Below, in pieces: positions 27,131 to 41,704 of a stretch of DNA of 64,000 nucleotides. Positions within the stretch are counted from its first letter, which is position 1. The number at the start of each line of letters is the position of its first letter. This DNA comes from Octopus bimaculoides (lineage: Eukaryota), in the NCBI RefSeq assembly GCF_001194135.2, contig NC_068982.1:25441657-25505656 (forward strand). The letters are read 5' to 3'. The notes under the pieces were generated by a model, which saw nothing but the letters and a program-made list of their open reading frames with translations, ran no database searches and had not been told where the DNA came from. A program made the position numbers and the translations under genes.

Positions 27131-28168
27131 CAGGAGATTTCAGTTACAAGCCATCAAAGACTGGAAATATGGAAAGTATTCAAGTAGATTTTCGTACAAT
27201 AGCGGCATACATACGCATGTAGGAGCACGAGGACAGGATTATGCACAAAAACAGTTTTAAAAAGTCAAGCCATAAAATTTCACATATGAATGAACAGTCA
27301 TGCTTTTGTTACTTATAGAGTATGCACATGCTTCAGCATGACCGCAGCTACATGGCTGAAACGAATAAAAGAATAGTATATCATTTCATTTGGAGTTTGT
27401 TTTAAGATCGTCCACGGCTACCGGCAATAAAATGCAAGTAGAAAATTGATGTTATATCTGAAAATCCGTAAATAATCGTAGTGTCTATACCGTTATGAAC
27501 AAGGAGAACGCGTGAGCAATTCGCTTTATTACATAGTTTTACAATTATTACCGAAACAAAGAACATTGACTCGTCAATTTTATGTATAAAATCCATTTGG
27601 TGGATGAAGTTTTTCAAGAATATATATACCTTACGTCCAGTATATTCTTATCACTTCTCTTGTGTATCTTAATTAAAGCAAAATAATAAAAAGCAAGTAT
27701 ATTATAAATCACAAACTCAAATTAGAAGGTGAAAAATAGGGTGAATCAATGTGAACAAATGTAATACGGAAAAACTAATTGAAAGATCCGAAGCAATGTA
27801 TTGTTATACATTATATGCAATAATAACAACAATAATAGGGCATTGCTATTCTGACAAAAGATCGATGAAGCAATTGTAAAATTATATAATAAAACAAATA
27901 GTTCACTCCATTCTATTTGTTGATAATTGTACATACATACACACGCACACAAATATATATATATATGAAGTAGAGAAACTTGAAAAGACAACACGAAACC
28001 GGTTATTTCTCCAAATACAATGTTTATATATTAAAAAAATTTTATAACATTTTTCTGACATATTTTAAATATATACTTTAACCACGTAACACAAGCCTTC
28101 TGTAGTTTTTTCACTCTTGTTTATCTTTTATACATCCAACCACGTGCTTTCACATACCAATTTTCTCA

Positions 28169-28242
<74 letters not shown>

Positions 28243-28420
28243 NNNNNNNNNNNNNNNNNNNNNNNNNNNNNNNNNNNNNNNNNNNNNNNNNNNNNNNNNN
28301 NNNNNNNNNNNNNNNNNNNNNNNNNNNNNNNNNNNNNNNNNNNNNNNNNNNNNNNNNNNNNNNNNNNNNNNNNNNNNNNNNNNNNNNNNNNNNNNNNNNN
28401 NNNNNNNNNNNNNNNNNNNN

Positions 28421-28751
28421 CGTACAAGCTCCATTTATTCATGTCGTGAGAACACCACAGAATGTACAATGAAAATGTACTCCTCAGCTACATAATGGAA
28501 TTTCATTTTAGAAAGTCATTTTGAGGATGTTTGCAAAAAACAAGAGTAAGAAAAGAAAACATATCATCTCGACTATGCTGTTGTTCCACAGCAGCATAGT
28601 CGAGATGATATGTTTTCTTCTCTTACTCTTGTTTTTTGCAAACATCCTCAAAATGACTTTCTAAAATGAAATTCCATTATGTAGCTGAGGAGTACATTTT
28701 CATTGTACATTCTGTGGTGTTCTCACGACATGAATAAATGGAGCTTGTACG
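28421..28751. repeat. 331-bp near-perfect inverted repeat (164-bp arms, 3-nt loop)
   Basis: The left arm CGTACAAGCTCC...GACTATGCTGTTGT is the reverse complement of the right arm, with 2 mismatches. The loop is TCC at 28585-28587. Confidence 0.97.
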
Positions 28752-28809
28752 AAACGTACGTACTGCTATAACCTATTGAATTTTTGTTGCTTATCTTCAA
28801 ATATATATA

Positions 28810-28840
<31 letters not shown>

Positions 28841-29579
28841 GTGTATGTATGTATGTATGTATATATACATATATATGTAGGTATGTACATATATGCATGT
28901 ATGTATGCATACATAAATTCATACTTGACGACGTCATTGATGTTGTCAAAATTCCAATGGATGACTAAATGGTTAACGTTATAGCTTTTTTAACAGTTCT
29001 TCGTGTAACTCCAGCTTCATAAACCATTTTCTTTCGTTATTCAAATGACATTGATCAAATAATTACCCTTTATATGCTTAGGTGTTCTCTCCCATAATTA
29101 CCCTGTCCATAATATAAGATTATCTATCATCAAACACACTGTGTTATATAATAGATTCACCATATTCTTCTAGAAATAAACTCAGAGCTTAGGGGATGAT
29201 GAACAAACCACTGAATATTGATTGTTCCTCAAAAGAAATGGGGAAAAAATATAATTCTAGCTTTTAGTAAGCTCATTGATAAATCCAATTCTTTTGAGGC
29301 AATTTGAATGTCGTTACAACGTCATAAAATACATGTATGACTGAATCGAAGTATTTCTGCTTTTTATGTCAGATCATAATATGATCTTATAATAACACGA
29401 CTAGCACGAACATCTGTCAATTAGTTTTCTTGAATAGCTATTGAAGAAGATACCCCAGTTGAAAGGAAACGTTACAGGAAGAAGGATACAGTTTTCTATT
29501 CAGTAATACATTTCGAAAACAGAAGAGTGATAAGCATCACTGAGCATGGAATTAGTTGTATGCAGTTTCCATATTCAAC

Positions 29580-29940
29580 AGGCGCTGGAATAGCTGTGTG
29601 GTAAGACGTTTGCTTTCCAACAATATATTTTTGGTATCAGACCCATTGTGAGATACCGCAGATAAAATCTACTATAGCCCTGAGCTGACCAACAATTTGT
29701 AAGTGGGTTTGTTAGACAGAAATTAAATGAAGACCATCATATATATACACATATATATATATATGTGTGTGTATGTCTTTACGTTTCTTTACGTCACCGT
29801 AACTTCACAGTTTGAAGAAAGAAACCAATAGAATGAGGACCAAACTTTAAAGACAAGTTCTGGTGTCCATTTGTTCAACTAAACCCTTCAATACGTGGCC
29901 CCAGCATGGCCGCATTTCAATGACTAAAAATAAGTGAAAG
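29580..29940 (+). mobile_element. SINE family B, full bipartite copy with internal (TA)/(TG) microsatellite
   Basis: 5' half as at 24378, then (TA)n(TG)n, then a 3' half ending ...GTGGCCCCAGCATGGCCGC...ATGACTAAAAATAAG. A further 3' half lies at ~30810-31000. Confidence 0.8.
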
Positions 29941-32900
29941 AAAAATACATATTACTGGAATCATAGATAAGTCTGTCCGCTGCAAATATATGTTTCTTGG
30001 TTTCTTTTTATAATTTTAAATTATACCTAATAAATATAGTCGATTTCTAAAACTAAAAACAAAAAAAGAAAAAGAAAAGAAAAACCTGCTACCTGCGCTA
30101 TACATATGAATGATATTCTGAAAACTTGATGTCAGCCTTTCAAAAAAACCGTTCACTTTTCTACGGAACATAACACGGTGAGGTGACAGAAATCATTATT
30201 GGAATGATAACCCTTGAAGAAACATATTCTCCCATGGCTCGTCTCAATTCAGAAGTAGTCGGAGTAATGCTTACTTTAATACCCACTCTGATTCCAATTG
30301 GAAATTGGAAATTGCCTTACTAGTTAACATATTGGAAAATTTCATGCCCCGAGATCTTGGCTTCATGAACTAAGCCAGTTGCACTTTCCTTTTCACTCAA
30401 CATCTACAAGCACTGCTCGTTCAAACGCAATGTGAATAATGTTATCTGTAACCTGGATATGGGAATAATTTTTCTACTGTCTAAATTATCTCATACCTTT
30501 AAACATGCATGCACTCATACACACACAGACACAAAAGCAGACGTATTCATACATATACACACACATGTGTGTGTGTGTGTTGAGTATATGTGTGTGTTGT
30601 GTGTGTGTGCATGTGTGTGCATGTGTGCGCGTGTGTGTGCATGTGTGCGTGTGTGTGCATGTGTATGTATCTGCATGAGTGTGTGTGTACATATATACAT
30701 ATGTATATGAACGCACACGTATATATATGGATGTCATTATTCAGTTTTATTCCAAGATTTCTTGCCAATAGAGAAAGAGTCAGTTTCTAATATAGATCCA
30801 AGGCTCCAGTATGTGTGTGTATATGTTTGGTCCCCGCCACAGTGTCAGAAGCGGTATTGGTGTGTTTATGTCCCTGTAACGTAGGGTTTCGACAAAAGAA
30901 AATGATAAGTTATGTACCAGGCTTAAAATTATAAGTATTGGGGTAGGTTCATTTGCTTAAAAACCTTTCAATGTGGTGCCCCAGTATGGCTGCAGTCTAT
31001 TCAAACAAATAGCAGCAGTCGATTGAAACAAGTTTAAAAAATTAGGAGTAAATTTCTTGCGTTATTTCAGCAATTTTATCGGTTCATGACTAGTCATATA
31101 AATAATTAGTTTCAGTTTAAGTTAGATATAAATAGAAAGTAAAATTTGACCCCTAGAATATCAAAAGTAGTATTTTTATATATTCCGCACAAATGAAAGA
31201 AAAAATAGTTCGAATCCCAAGGTTTAACCCCAAGAAAGTATAGCTATATAGTAGCTATATATAGTTCTGTTATATTTACGTTTTCCTCAGTCAGCCTCTT
31301 TGAGATCACAACCATGTCTGGGATGCCTTCAGCGAAATCCACTGTTTTGAAACTTTATAGACGTCTCGAATCTGATGATAATTTTGATATCTTTATCCAT
31401 TACTTCTGTATGTGAAATGCGGTCGATTTTCCTCACGCCCTCTAACATTCTCGGATGAACAGAAAAAAAATTGCGTTCCTCTTTTTAATCTAAATTCATA
31501 ATAATAAAACACGAAGCACAGGTGTATCTGTGTGTTTAAGAAGTTCGCTTTGGAACGGATCGGTATTGATGTCCGTCCCATTGCTCGGTATCTTGTGCAA
31601 TGTCTTGTACAATAATCTTGGGCCAGGAAATATTTGTGAACAGGTTTGATAGCCGGAAATTGTACGGAAACTCGCGTTTACTATGTGTGTGTTTTGTTGC
31701 GCTTTGTCTCTCGATATTGGCTTGTCTGCATCCCCGAAAATTAATGATTCAATAAAGACAGAATGTTACAATAATTACCAGACTTTAAAATAATCACTGT
31801 AATCGATCTTATGGGCTAGAAATATTAAGGTGCTACACCAGCAGAGTAGTAGTCTTAAGGCTGAGACAAGTAACATTAGAAAATATAATGCCTTGATATT
31901 TCTGATTTATTAAACATTGAACATACTTCTAAAATAACGTAAATCTACAGTTATTAGAAAAAAGAATAAGTTTTCAAAATGTAAAGTCACGTGAACTCAA
32001 CAAAATGAAAGTTCGACAAACTTCCAAATCTCAAGTGAGTAATACAAATCGGTGCCAAGAAACACTATTGCTTTAATAAGAGACGGAGAGAAGCCAATTA
32101 GAATCTCATTGATATGATATATATATAGGCTGCTTATCTATTCTTCGTTTTCTTTCGCTTTTTGTTTTTGTTTCCTTTTTTTGCTTTCTTCCTCTTTAAC
32201 TGACAGCATTGATAGGACTATCAAATAATCCGGTTCAAAAATAATCACGTGAACAATATCTACAGAATCTTCTACTGCCTCAGATTTATTTCCTTTATTT
32301 TCACAATCACAGTAAAAATAATATTTTGTTGTACAGAATACATTGAATGAATCTGCGTTCTTGTCTATTGAATATAAGCTTTAGCAAACGACTCCAAGAG
32401 AGGATTTACTCCAGTGACTTAGAAGTAAGTTGTCTGCATTATTTCTTGTTTCATTACATTTCCTGATTTATTTTACACAATAGTACATTTAATATGATTT
32501 CATTAGTTGTATTGTTCAGATTATTCAATAATGAAAATAATATTTAATTAAAATTATCACAAACGGTTATTTAATTAATACATTTGTTTACGACAAAAAC
32601 AGCTTTCATAAACAAATCTACATTAGAAATTTCTATATTAGTTTGTTTATTGATTTAGTTTTCGAGTAAATATAAATAAAACATCCAAATTTCAGGAAAA
32701 TTGTTCATTTGCTTTCTGAAAAATATCGTTTTGGTCCTGATTCTGTGTTCTTCTATAGGTCATAAATAATTCAATATGAGTTTTGAAATTATAAAATAAC
32801 TGTACTGACTAATTTAATTTTATTCATATATTTTAAGTTTTGTAATGTTATAAGCTAAACTATTTTCAAATAAATAGATAAACGCACTTATACACACAAG

Positions 32901-33639
32901 CATGCATATATATNNNNNNNNNNNNNNNNNNNNNNNNNNNNNNNNNNNNNNNNNNNNNNNNNNNNNNNNNNNNNNNNNNNNNNNNNNNNNNNNNNNNNNN
33001 NNNNNNNNNNNNNNNNNNNNNNNNNNNNNNNNNNNNNNNNNNNNNNNNNNNNNNNNNNNNNNNNNNNNNNNNNNNNNNNNNNNNNNNNNNNNNNNNNNNN
33101 NNNNNNNNNNNNNNNNNNNNNNNNNNNNNNNNNNNNNNNNNNNNNNNNNNNNNNNNNNNNNNNNNNNNNNNNNNNNNNNNNNNNNNNNNNNNNNNNNNNN
33201 NNNNNNNNNNNNNNNNNNNNNNNNNNNNNNNNNNNNNNNNNNNNNNNNNNNNNNNNNNNNNNNNNNNNNNNNNNNNNNNNNNNNNNNNNNNNNNNNNNNN
33301 NNNNNNNNNNNNNNNNNNNNNNNNNNNNNNNNNNNNNNNNNNNNNNNNNNNNNNNNNNNNNNNNNNNNNNNNNNNNNNNNNNNNNNNNNNNNNNNNNNNN
33401 NNNNNNNNNNNNNNNNNNNNNNNNNNNNNNNNNNNNNNNNNNNNNNNNNNNNNNNNNNNNNNNNNNNNNNNNNNNNNNNNNNNNNNNNNNNNNNNNNNNN
33501 NNNNNNNNNNNNNNNNNNNNNNNNNNNNNNNNNNNNNNNNNNNNNNNNNNNNNNNNNNNNNNNNNNNNNNNNNNNNNNNNNNNNNNNNNNNNNNNNNNNN
33601 NNNNNNNNNNNNNNNNNNNNNNNNNNNNNNNNNNNNNNN

Positions 33640-33715
<76 letters not shown>

Positions 33716-35038
33716 TGTGTGCGCGCGTGCGTATGTGCATGTATATATATATCAGTATACACAAGTTCTGAGGAAATTTACGGAAGTCTATTCAGCATGT
33801 CATGTGTTTCTTTGTCAAAAATACAAGAATAATTTAATGAAGGATGATTAAAAAGTATGACGTTTTGAGATAATTAATAATAAGTAGAACAGAATTAGAA
33901 TTAAATTTTTTTTTTTTTATTATTTCAAATATTTAAGCGAAAAGTGTACAAGAAATTTTCTTACAGACTTGTTGGTGACCTGTTATTCATTTTTTGCTAT
34001 ATCCATTATATTCTATGGGTTGAGAGCCAGTTGGATGATAGTAGTCATACTAGTAATTTTAGAATATACTCAAAATAATCTAGTCTACACAAAAAAGATT
34101 GAGAATCAGATGTACTGATATTTATGGTCATAAATCTCAAATACCTTCAAATTTTGAGGAAATTCTAATAGAAATTTATCATTTTGCTTTATTGTTGTAT
34201 TATTAACTGAGTGTAAGACAGGCCTATTGTAGATAAAATTATTATAAAATCTGTTGCATATAGTTGTTGAAGAATTCTAATTGACTCTACAACTGAATTG
34301 CTTGTTGTTCTATAAATTTAAATGTAAAACACAATATGATTTCACAAATTAAAAAACAATAATGGTGCATTTATATGTTAAATATATACAGTGATCTGAT
34401 GAGCCCACTTAAATAATGTACAAGGTTGTGCTAAAAGTGACCTTTTTGATATTAGAAAGTTATACAAAGTTTTAAAGAAAAGAGTAATTATACAGAATCT
34501 ATAGAGTTTTACGTTATATCATTCTTATATAATATTCTCTGTATATTTCTTACAAAAAGTATTTGTCCGCCGAGGAATCATCTATTAAATAATATACATG
34601 ACGAGTTATAAATGACGGTCAATTCATAATTTTCTTAAGTAAATCTATCAATAACGAACCTGTAATGACTACTGGAAACAGTTGTAAGTCAACTTTATTG
34701 CAATAAAGAAGAATATACAATGACCATTATTTATGCATTGTCTTGTATATCACCTTGAGTAAAACCCAGTATAACTGGAGCACAGGTTTACAATATGGAA
34801 TGGTGATGAAGTATAATCTAGGAGCTTGCCACAAGTATATGCAGAGTTCTTTACAAATCTAAAAAAATATTGCTAGCCTAGTGTACTAACAGAAGCTTAT
34901 AGAATATTTTGTCTGCATTGGTTATCCCTCTATAATAACGTTGATTAAATATCATATATATATAATTATATCTGTGTATGTGTGAGTGTGTCTGTGTCTG
35001 TATGTTTGTGTGTGTATTCATGTATGTATGTATGTCTT

Positions 35039-35569
35039 CAGTGTGTCCCAGAATTAACTATCTATTTCAATGAAATCAGGAAAATTTCAAAAAAAGAACT
35101 GACAGAATTTTATGCTTATTACTTAATTATATCAAAAGAAATCAATTTATAAATCTTACGTTAAAACTTAATTGTAAATTTTCAACATGTGCTCGATCTG
35201 TACCCTGCAAATTTCAAATCTATCCTTAGCGTTGCGAAACACATTTCAGGCGTTGTCATCTGCACTGCTAACTTAATGCGTGTTTTAAGGTCAGTTTAAC
35301 TATTACTCCATCCCGAGAATGGAAGAAGAGAAAATGATTGCATCCACATTGAAAAAACGCTGTGGTGAACAGATAAGGTAGATCCAACAGGAATGAAAAA
35401 AAGATCATTAAAAATATCTAAAGATTATAAAATTATAAGCAAAATTAAATAAAAACGTATGCACTTTTAACGCATATCAAATTTGATAAATAAATAAATA
35501 AATAAAAGTGAATTTTAAAAAATATTGTCCGATTTCATTTAATTACATTGTTAATTCTGGGACACCCTG
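35039..35569. mobile_element. Tc1/mariner-type MITE (~530 bp)
   Basis: TIRs CAGTGTGTCCCAGAATTAAC (35039-35058) and GTTAATTCTGGGACACCCTG (35550-35569) match at 19/20 and extend imperfectly to ~45 bp. The right end is followed by TA. Confidence 0.8.
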
Positions 35570-35644
<75 letters not shown>

Positions 35645-35984
35645 AAATCGTTATTCTGCTAACAACATAATAGAGTACAATATAAAGTTTTACCCTGTGC
35701 TATCCAGTAGTAGTATTATACGTACTTCCAGGTTTGCTTTGGGCATTTGTTGTGTGGGAATAGATAATTGAAAAAATTGGAGTCAACGAGGAGTACGATT
35801 GGACATTTATTTTTTAATCGCTGCAATTGTTTCCACGCAACGCAGTTCACGAAGCATGCAAGTACTTGTTTATACCACTGATTCCTTGCATTATGAGATC
35901 TAGTTCTGTTTCCTCAGTCGATTTGTAAATATTGTCTCCGTAAGTTCAAAATCCTCGGTTTCAACAACATCTCTGTCTGTCGTG

Positions 35985-37276
35985 TAATGTGTAATTAATT
36001 CAAATGAGTAAAATTTGTCGGCAAAATAAGTTTAAGACCGTACCAACATTATTTTGTTTGAATTGAGAATTCACGGCACAAATGATCAATGAACAAAAAT
36101 TTATTAGTCGTATTTAGTTTCATAGCTATTATTTTCAATTACAGCCTTACAACGGCAGGATATGGAGTTCGACAAATGAGCACAGAAATCACCTGAAATG
36201 TTCTGCTATTTTTCTGCGATAAAATTATATAACTGGGACAAATTTGTTAGTTTTTTAGTATGAACTCTTTTTGAAACATAATTCCATAAATTTTGTATCG
36301 GATTCAAATCCGGGCTCTGCGGAGGCCACTCAATAACCACCAAATTATTGCGCTAAAAATATTTCAAAACTTGCCTAGTCTTATGAAAAAGGCAATTGTC
36401 CTGCTGGAAAATAGATCCCGATGGCATCTGATTTTTTACATATGGCAGCACATTTTCATATACTAATTGCAGATAGCCTACATTGTTCACTCTGCCATCA
36501 ACCGTAACAACTGGACCCGTACCTAAGCTGCTGAACGCGGCCCACGGCATAACCCCTCACCTGCCGCTTGCGCTGTTTTCTTGACACTTAGAATGGAATT
36601 CTTAAGTTGGACGGCGCCTAACATAAATCTTTCCGTCTAATTCAAAGATGCAGAAGTGGGATTCGTCGCTCCAAAGTACTTTTGACCAGTTTTCAGCTGC
36701 TCATTCAGTATGACTTTTAGCTAACTTGATCCCCTTCCACCGGTTCGTCTCAGAAATTATCAGCTTCTCTCGAGCGATACGGCTGAACAGTCCACATTCT
36801 TTTAGGGGGTTTCTGACAGTTTGTGGTGTAAAACTGTTGTCAGTTTCATGAGATAATTGCTTGCAAATGTCCACTGCTGTTAGCATTCGGTTACCCTCAG
36901 AGAGTCTATGAATTCGCCGATCCATCTGTACTGTTGTTTTTCTCGGAGCGCCTGTTCTTTGTCGATATTTGTATTGACCAGTGACTTGATAAAGCTTCCC
37001 TACTTGAACCCAAGGCGTCTTGCTGTATCCTAATTGCTTGCTCATGAAGGACACATTTTGCTGTTGAAGCAATGCGATCTTTAATCTAGTAACTGGGCTG
37101 ATACCAGACGCTTTTCCATAGCGAATTAATGTGTAACTGCTCGATTATTAAATAAAACAATGCAGTACGACAAGCCATATGACCACACATTTGGCTTATC
37201 AATTTGCATAATCTTGGTATGGTCTTAAACTAATTTTGCCGACAATTTCTAATCATTTGAATTAATTTCACATTAA
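35985..37276 (-). mobile_element. Tc1-like DNA transposon, near full length, with ~55-60-bp imperfect TIRs
   Basis: Left AATTAATTCAAATGAGTAAAATTTGTCGGCAAAATAAGTTTAAGACCGTAC versus right reverse complement AATTAATTCAAATGATTAGAAATTGTCGGCAAAATTAGTTTAAGACCATAC; these enclose a transposase pseudogene. Confidence 0.88.
36104..37119 (-). pseudogene. Tc1 transposase pseudogene (DD34E, with E mutated to Q)
   Basis: HTH region (...RTGAPRKTT..MDRRI), WSKVLWSDESHF, GVMPWAAFS, FQQDN, EWPPQSPDLNPIQNLW, ending ...YETKYD*. Contains stops and frameshifts. Confidence 0.93.
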
Positions 37277-37811
37277 AGTTATTCGAATTGTAGAAAGATA
37301 TATAACGCCTATATCATTCGAAAGAGAAAAAATTCTACATAAATTGGAAAATATAAAATAATTTTTACAGTTTTGTTAAAAATATATTAATGGAGGAATA
37401 GAACTGACATCATCGGTCTTAAACTTATTTTGGACAGTGTAGCTCGAAAGCACAAATTACTTTGCCATATTATTATATTCAGTGGATACACATCTTCATT
37501 TATTTGTAATTTACAACATTTGATGAAGTTGTTTATATAATTTTTTTCTTTTTGTATCAAGTTGTTTCTTATTTTGCTGCTCATTTACATGTTCAAGTGT
37601 ATTATGTGCTACAGAAAATACATGCAACTTACCCATTGCAGACTTACAAGGGCACACTACACGTAAGAATACCGACTTTTTATGATGTGTTTTATTTACT
37701 TCTGTTGATAGATATCCATGTTTGACATGCTTTACCTTCGTATACGTGAGTCCTTCTGTGCGTGCGTTTGTACACATATTATGTGTGAGTACATTATCTG
37801 CAGCTCTACGT

Positions 37812-37848
<37 letters not shown>

Positions 37849-40319
37849 ACTTTTTATATGTATGTATACATATGAAAAGTTATTTAAGTGAAATAACAAC
37901 TGACAATTAGCTTAGAAGCTAATTTTTTAAATCGTGAATATTTTTTTATACACCAGAATGCATAATTCCAATCAAAAAGCTTTTATCCTAATATTGTGTG
38001 AGAGTTGTTTTTCAATCATAATTTAATTTTTGTAATATTCATTTTCGTTCTTGTAAGTGTTACTTAAATCACAAACATAGATTTATATTTCAAAAAAAAA
38101 AATATGACAAAAGGAAAACGTTCATAGCGTGGTAGAGTCTCCTGAACAAACGTGACATATAAGATATATGTTATTCTTGTTCCTTTTGAAGATTTGCTTA
38201 ACATTTATGAGCAGGGATGAAATTGTCGGGAGAAATGAGAAGGAAAGACTGGACATAGTTTCTATTGTGGTGATTCATGAATTAGACATCATGAGCGATA
38301 AGAGAATAAGAGTTAAATGAGAATGTATAAGTGGGTTAGCATTATCTGACAGCGTCGCAGAAGAGAAAGGCTCATTAAAGTAGTGGTAAAAAATAGAAAG
38401 AAGATGCGTTTCACCAGTAAACTAAAGGTTGGAGCGTATCTGAGATTTACTTTAGGTAGTCAGCGCTTTTATGGATGTGGTCTAGGATATCTCGGTTTGT
38501 AGCAGCTGTACCGTCCAGGTTTCAGATATTACTCTACTGTAGCCCTCGCCTGAGCATTGGGTAGTATCAATAGTTATTGGGATCTGATGTATCTCCTGAT
38601 TATGAACGATTGTAACAATGTGAACAATATGTGTGTGCTTGTTTGTGCTTGAGAATATATATACCTATATGTAAACGGGGTGAACTACATCCATCTATAC
38701 AAAATTAAGAGCATCTGAGCTACGTAAACCTCAGAATTCAACACCACACCATATTTTGTGTATTGTCTTGGCTGTTTGTGACGGATAGGTGATCTCACCT
38801 ATTTCTATTAGAATAGAAACTCAGCGAAAACAATGTTTTCTTCATACCATACTTTGTATGACAGACACAAACACCAATAACCAATATATTAAAAATCAGA
38901 ATAGACAGAAAATAATGCTACGGATAGATGAAAGTACCATTTGGAATGGAAGGATTCAAGGTGCATGTTGTAAATGATAAACAATTGGAAGCTTGACTTT
39001 ATGCAATACAGGTATATACTAAAAGTATATGAGAAATCGTGCCAGAAAACGAGTTGAGGCAAGCTTAAAAAGAAGAAATTAATTAAGAACATTCATGTCA
39101 AGTTGGTTAATTATAGATTGATAAATGGACCGAAAACTGACTAACACATTCTTACAAATCAATAATATATACCGATCACAACTAAAATTAAACATTAGGG
39201 CCTAATGTCTTATATGAATTATACTTAAATATAAAACAGAATTTTTTTTTATCGAGTTATAGGAATGAGCTCTCTATTTCTCCAAATAAAATTCAAAACA
39301 TTCTCAACTCGATGGATAATGTAGGAACAAGAGGTGACAGAAGAAAAAGAAAAATAATGATAATGTTTAGAATATACCATACAGAATTCGAGAGATAAAA
39401 TAATTGTTTTGTACGAATTCAGGAAGATAGTTGCCTAAGATAACTAGGAAGCTAATATCAATTCTAGAACTACAAATTACGTGTAACGAAGATCAAGCCA
39501 AAACTGCTACGATTAGTTATCAAACACGAGCAAAACAAAACAAAAATGTGTTTACTGCATTCAGATAATCAAAAACAGCACAGCAATGACTGACTGAGAT
39601 AAGAAAGAGAGAACTGAAATTAATGAAAAATGTCAAAAGTAGGCTTGCAATGGTGATACATTATGCAAACTTAAAACAATTGCTTGAGACGCTGAAAGAG
39701 TATTAGAGCACCGAATACATTGCTTTCGGTCAATCATTCTCTTTCTCTATTCTCAAAGTCAAAATACCACCGAGATCACCAATGACGCAAATCATATTGT
39801 TGTCAATAATTTTTCTGTTCATTTAGGATCGCTCCCTTTCTCTATATTTTTGCCTTTCTCTCAGCGTTTTGCCGAAATCATCTGTAGACAAGCCTAGAGT
39901 GAGATGGGCTCAATCAGGTTCAAAACTACCCAAGACACACCGGATGTCACAATGTTAATCTCTATGACACCGTTATGGATTAAAGACACAAGATAGATTT
40001 CCACGTGAAAAATACATAAAATAATGGACAGGGGTTAAGAGGAAGATTCCGACCTGAGGGAGAAGTGTCCTCAATTTCAGTAGATCTTCAAAGATTTATT
40101 ATAATCTGTACGTAGAGCAGTAGATTAGATCAAGTAAACGCTGAATGTACGGGTGCAAAACAATTAACCATATTGATATTGGCACCGTAATCTCACCCAA
40201 CCAACAAAAAATGCATCTACAAACATGAAAGAGAGATGAGGGTTCATTTACTGGGGACTGTGTTAGGATTATCAACTAATAAGAGAGAAGGGCATTATAT
40301 AAATACAACAAAGATACCC

Positions 40320-40780
40320 TCTGATGACAAAGCGAAAATACTCTGGGATATGCTACACGACATAGGCACAGACATCAAGGCAAGTGATCAGATAGTGATA
40401 TGGAAGACTATGACAGCTTCCTAACCTAAGCATCAGTGTACACAAACGATAATATATCACTGAAAGAAAGGGTGAATTTAACTTAAACAGAATACCTGAA
40501 GATAGAGATATCCTGAATGTGAGGAATGAAAGCAGAAATAATATCTATTATAAAAGCTTTTAGCGAATGATTTAAAAAAGTAACGTGCAGAAAAATAAAC
40601 TTTGCAAACATCCAGTCACACAAATAAGCGTAAAATAGAATTAGTAATATTGAGTACTGCAGTCAGCTTACGTATATTGCTGTCACAATATAAAACAAAA
40701 TACAAAATCAAAACAGAACATTACACTAACCTAAATAGCACAGTGCTCATTCTAAATAGAAGGAAGTCTACTGATCAACA
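40320..40780 (+). mobile_element. Decayed R4/Dong-like LINE 3' end followed by (CAA)/(TAA)n tail
   Basis: DDKAKILWD, DNISLKE, IEIS*M*GMK echo the RLE domain. Ends ...CTACTGATCAACAAC like the 18150 copy (...CTACTGATCAATAAT); the repeat tract runs ~40778-40921. Confidence 0.65.
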
Positions 40781-40845
40781 ACAACAACAATAAGAAGAAT
40801 AATACTACTAATAATAATAACAATAATAATAATAATAATAATAAT

Positions 40846-40885
<40 letters not shown>

Positions 40886-41264
40886 GTAATAATAATATTG
40901 ATGATGATAATGATAATAATAAACGCCCTCATGCAATACCAGGCAGTGGATCCCATGGTTTCTGATCTTAACTGATTCCAAGTGTTATCTTGTATATGAA
41001 TTGTCTTGGTATAAAAGAAAGGCTACAGCAAATATTCTGCTCAATTCCACAGATTTGCTTGTCAGCTGTTTGATCTTAACCAGTTGAGCATGTTCCTTAG
41101 TGGCTGACGATATGTACATCTCTGCCATGTGTTGAGAGGAATTCTTTGGGGTTTGGATAATTCACTGAAATCATGGTGTTTCGTTCAACCTCCTTGAACA
41201 ATCGTACGAATCAAGACATGATAGAGTTAGCCAATATTTACATGTCGGCATTATAAAACCAAAA

Positions 41265-41535
41265 CTACTGACAAATGGAAGAAGTACTACCCTGTGATTG
41301 TAACTGAGGGAGAAAATGTAACAATTCTTTGAGATTTTCTAGTACATAGAGACTGGACCATCAAAGCTCATAAACCAGGTATTGTCGTGAAAGACCAACT
41401 CAAGAAAGTCTGCTTATTGATTGATATTAGCATACCTTGTGACAATAATATCTCGACAAAAGAGTTTGATAAGCTCAGAAAATACAAAGATTTGCTGAAT
41501 GAAATCGAAAAGATGTGGCACCTCCAGATGCTTAC
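41265..41535 (+). mobile_element. R4/Dong-like LINE restriction-like endonuclease fragment
   Basis: In frame: NVTIL*DFLVHRDWTIKAHKPGIVVKDQLKKVCLLIDISIPCDNNISTKEFDKLRKYKDLLNEIEKMWHLQ, the (R/K)PD..ID..P.D..K..KY RLE signature. Confidence 0.88.
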
Positions 41536-41704
41536 AGTCGATCACGGCGAAATTCCAACCCAGAAAGCAAAGCAGGACGAAATGTTGCTAGGAATTTTGT
41601 CTGGCATTCTAACGATTCTGCCAGCATGCAGCCCTTACTTTCAAGACTTGGGGAAAGTCATTAACTTTTAGTGAAACGAGAAAATCAATAATATTGACAC
41701 TGAT

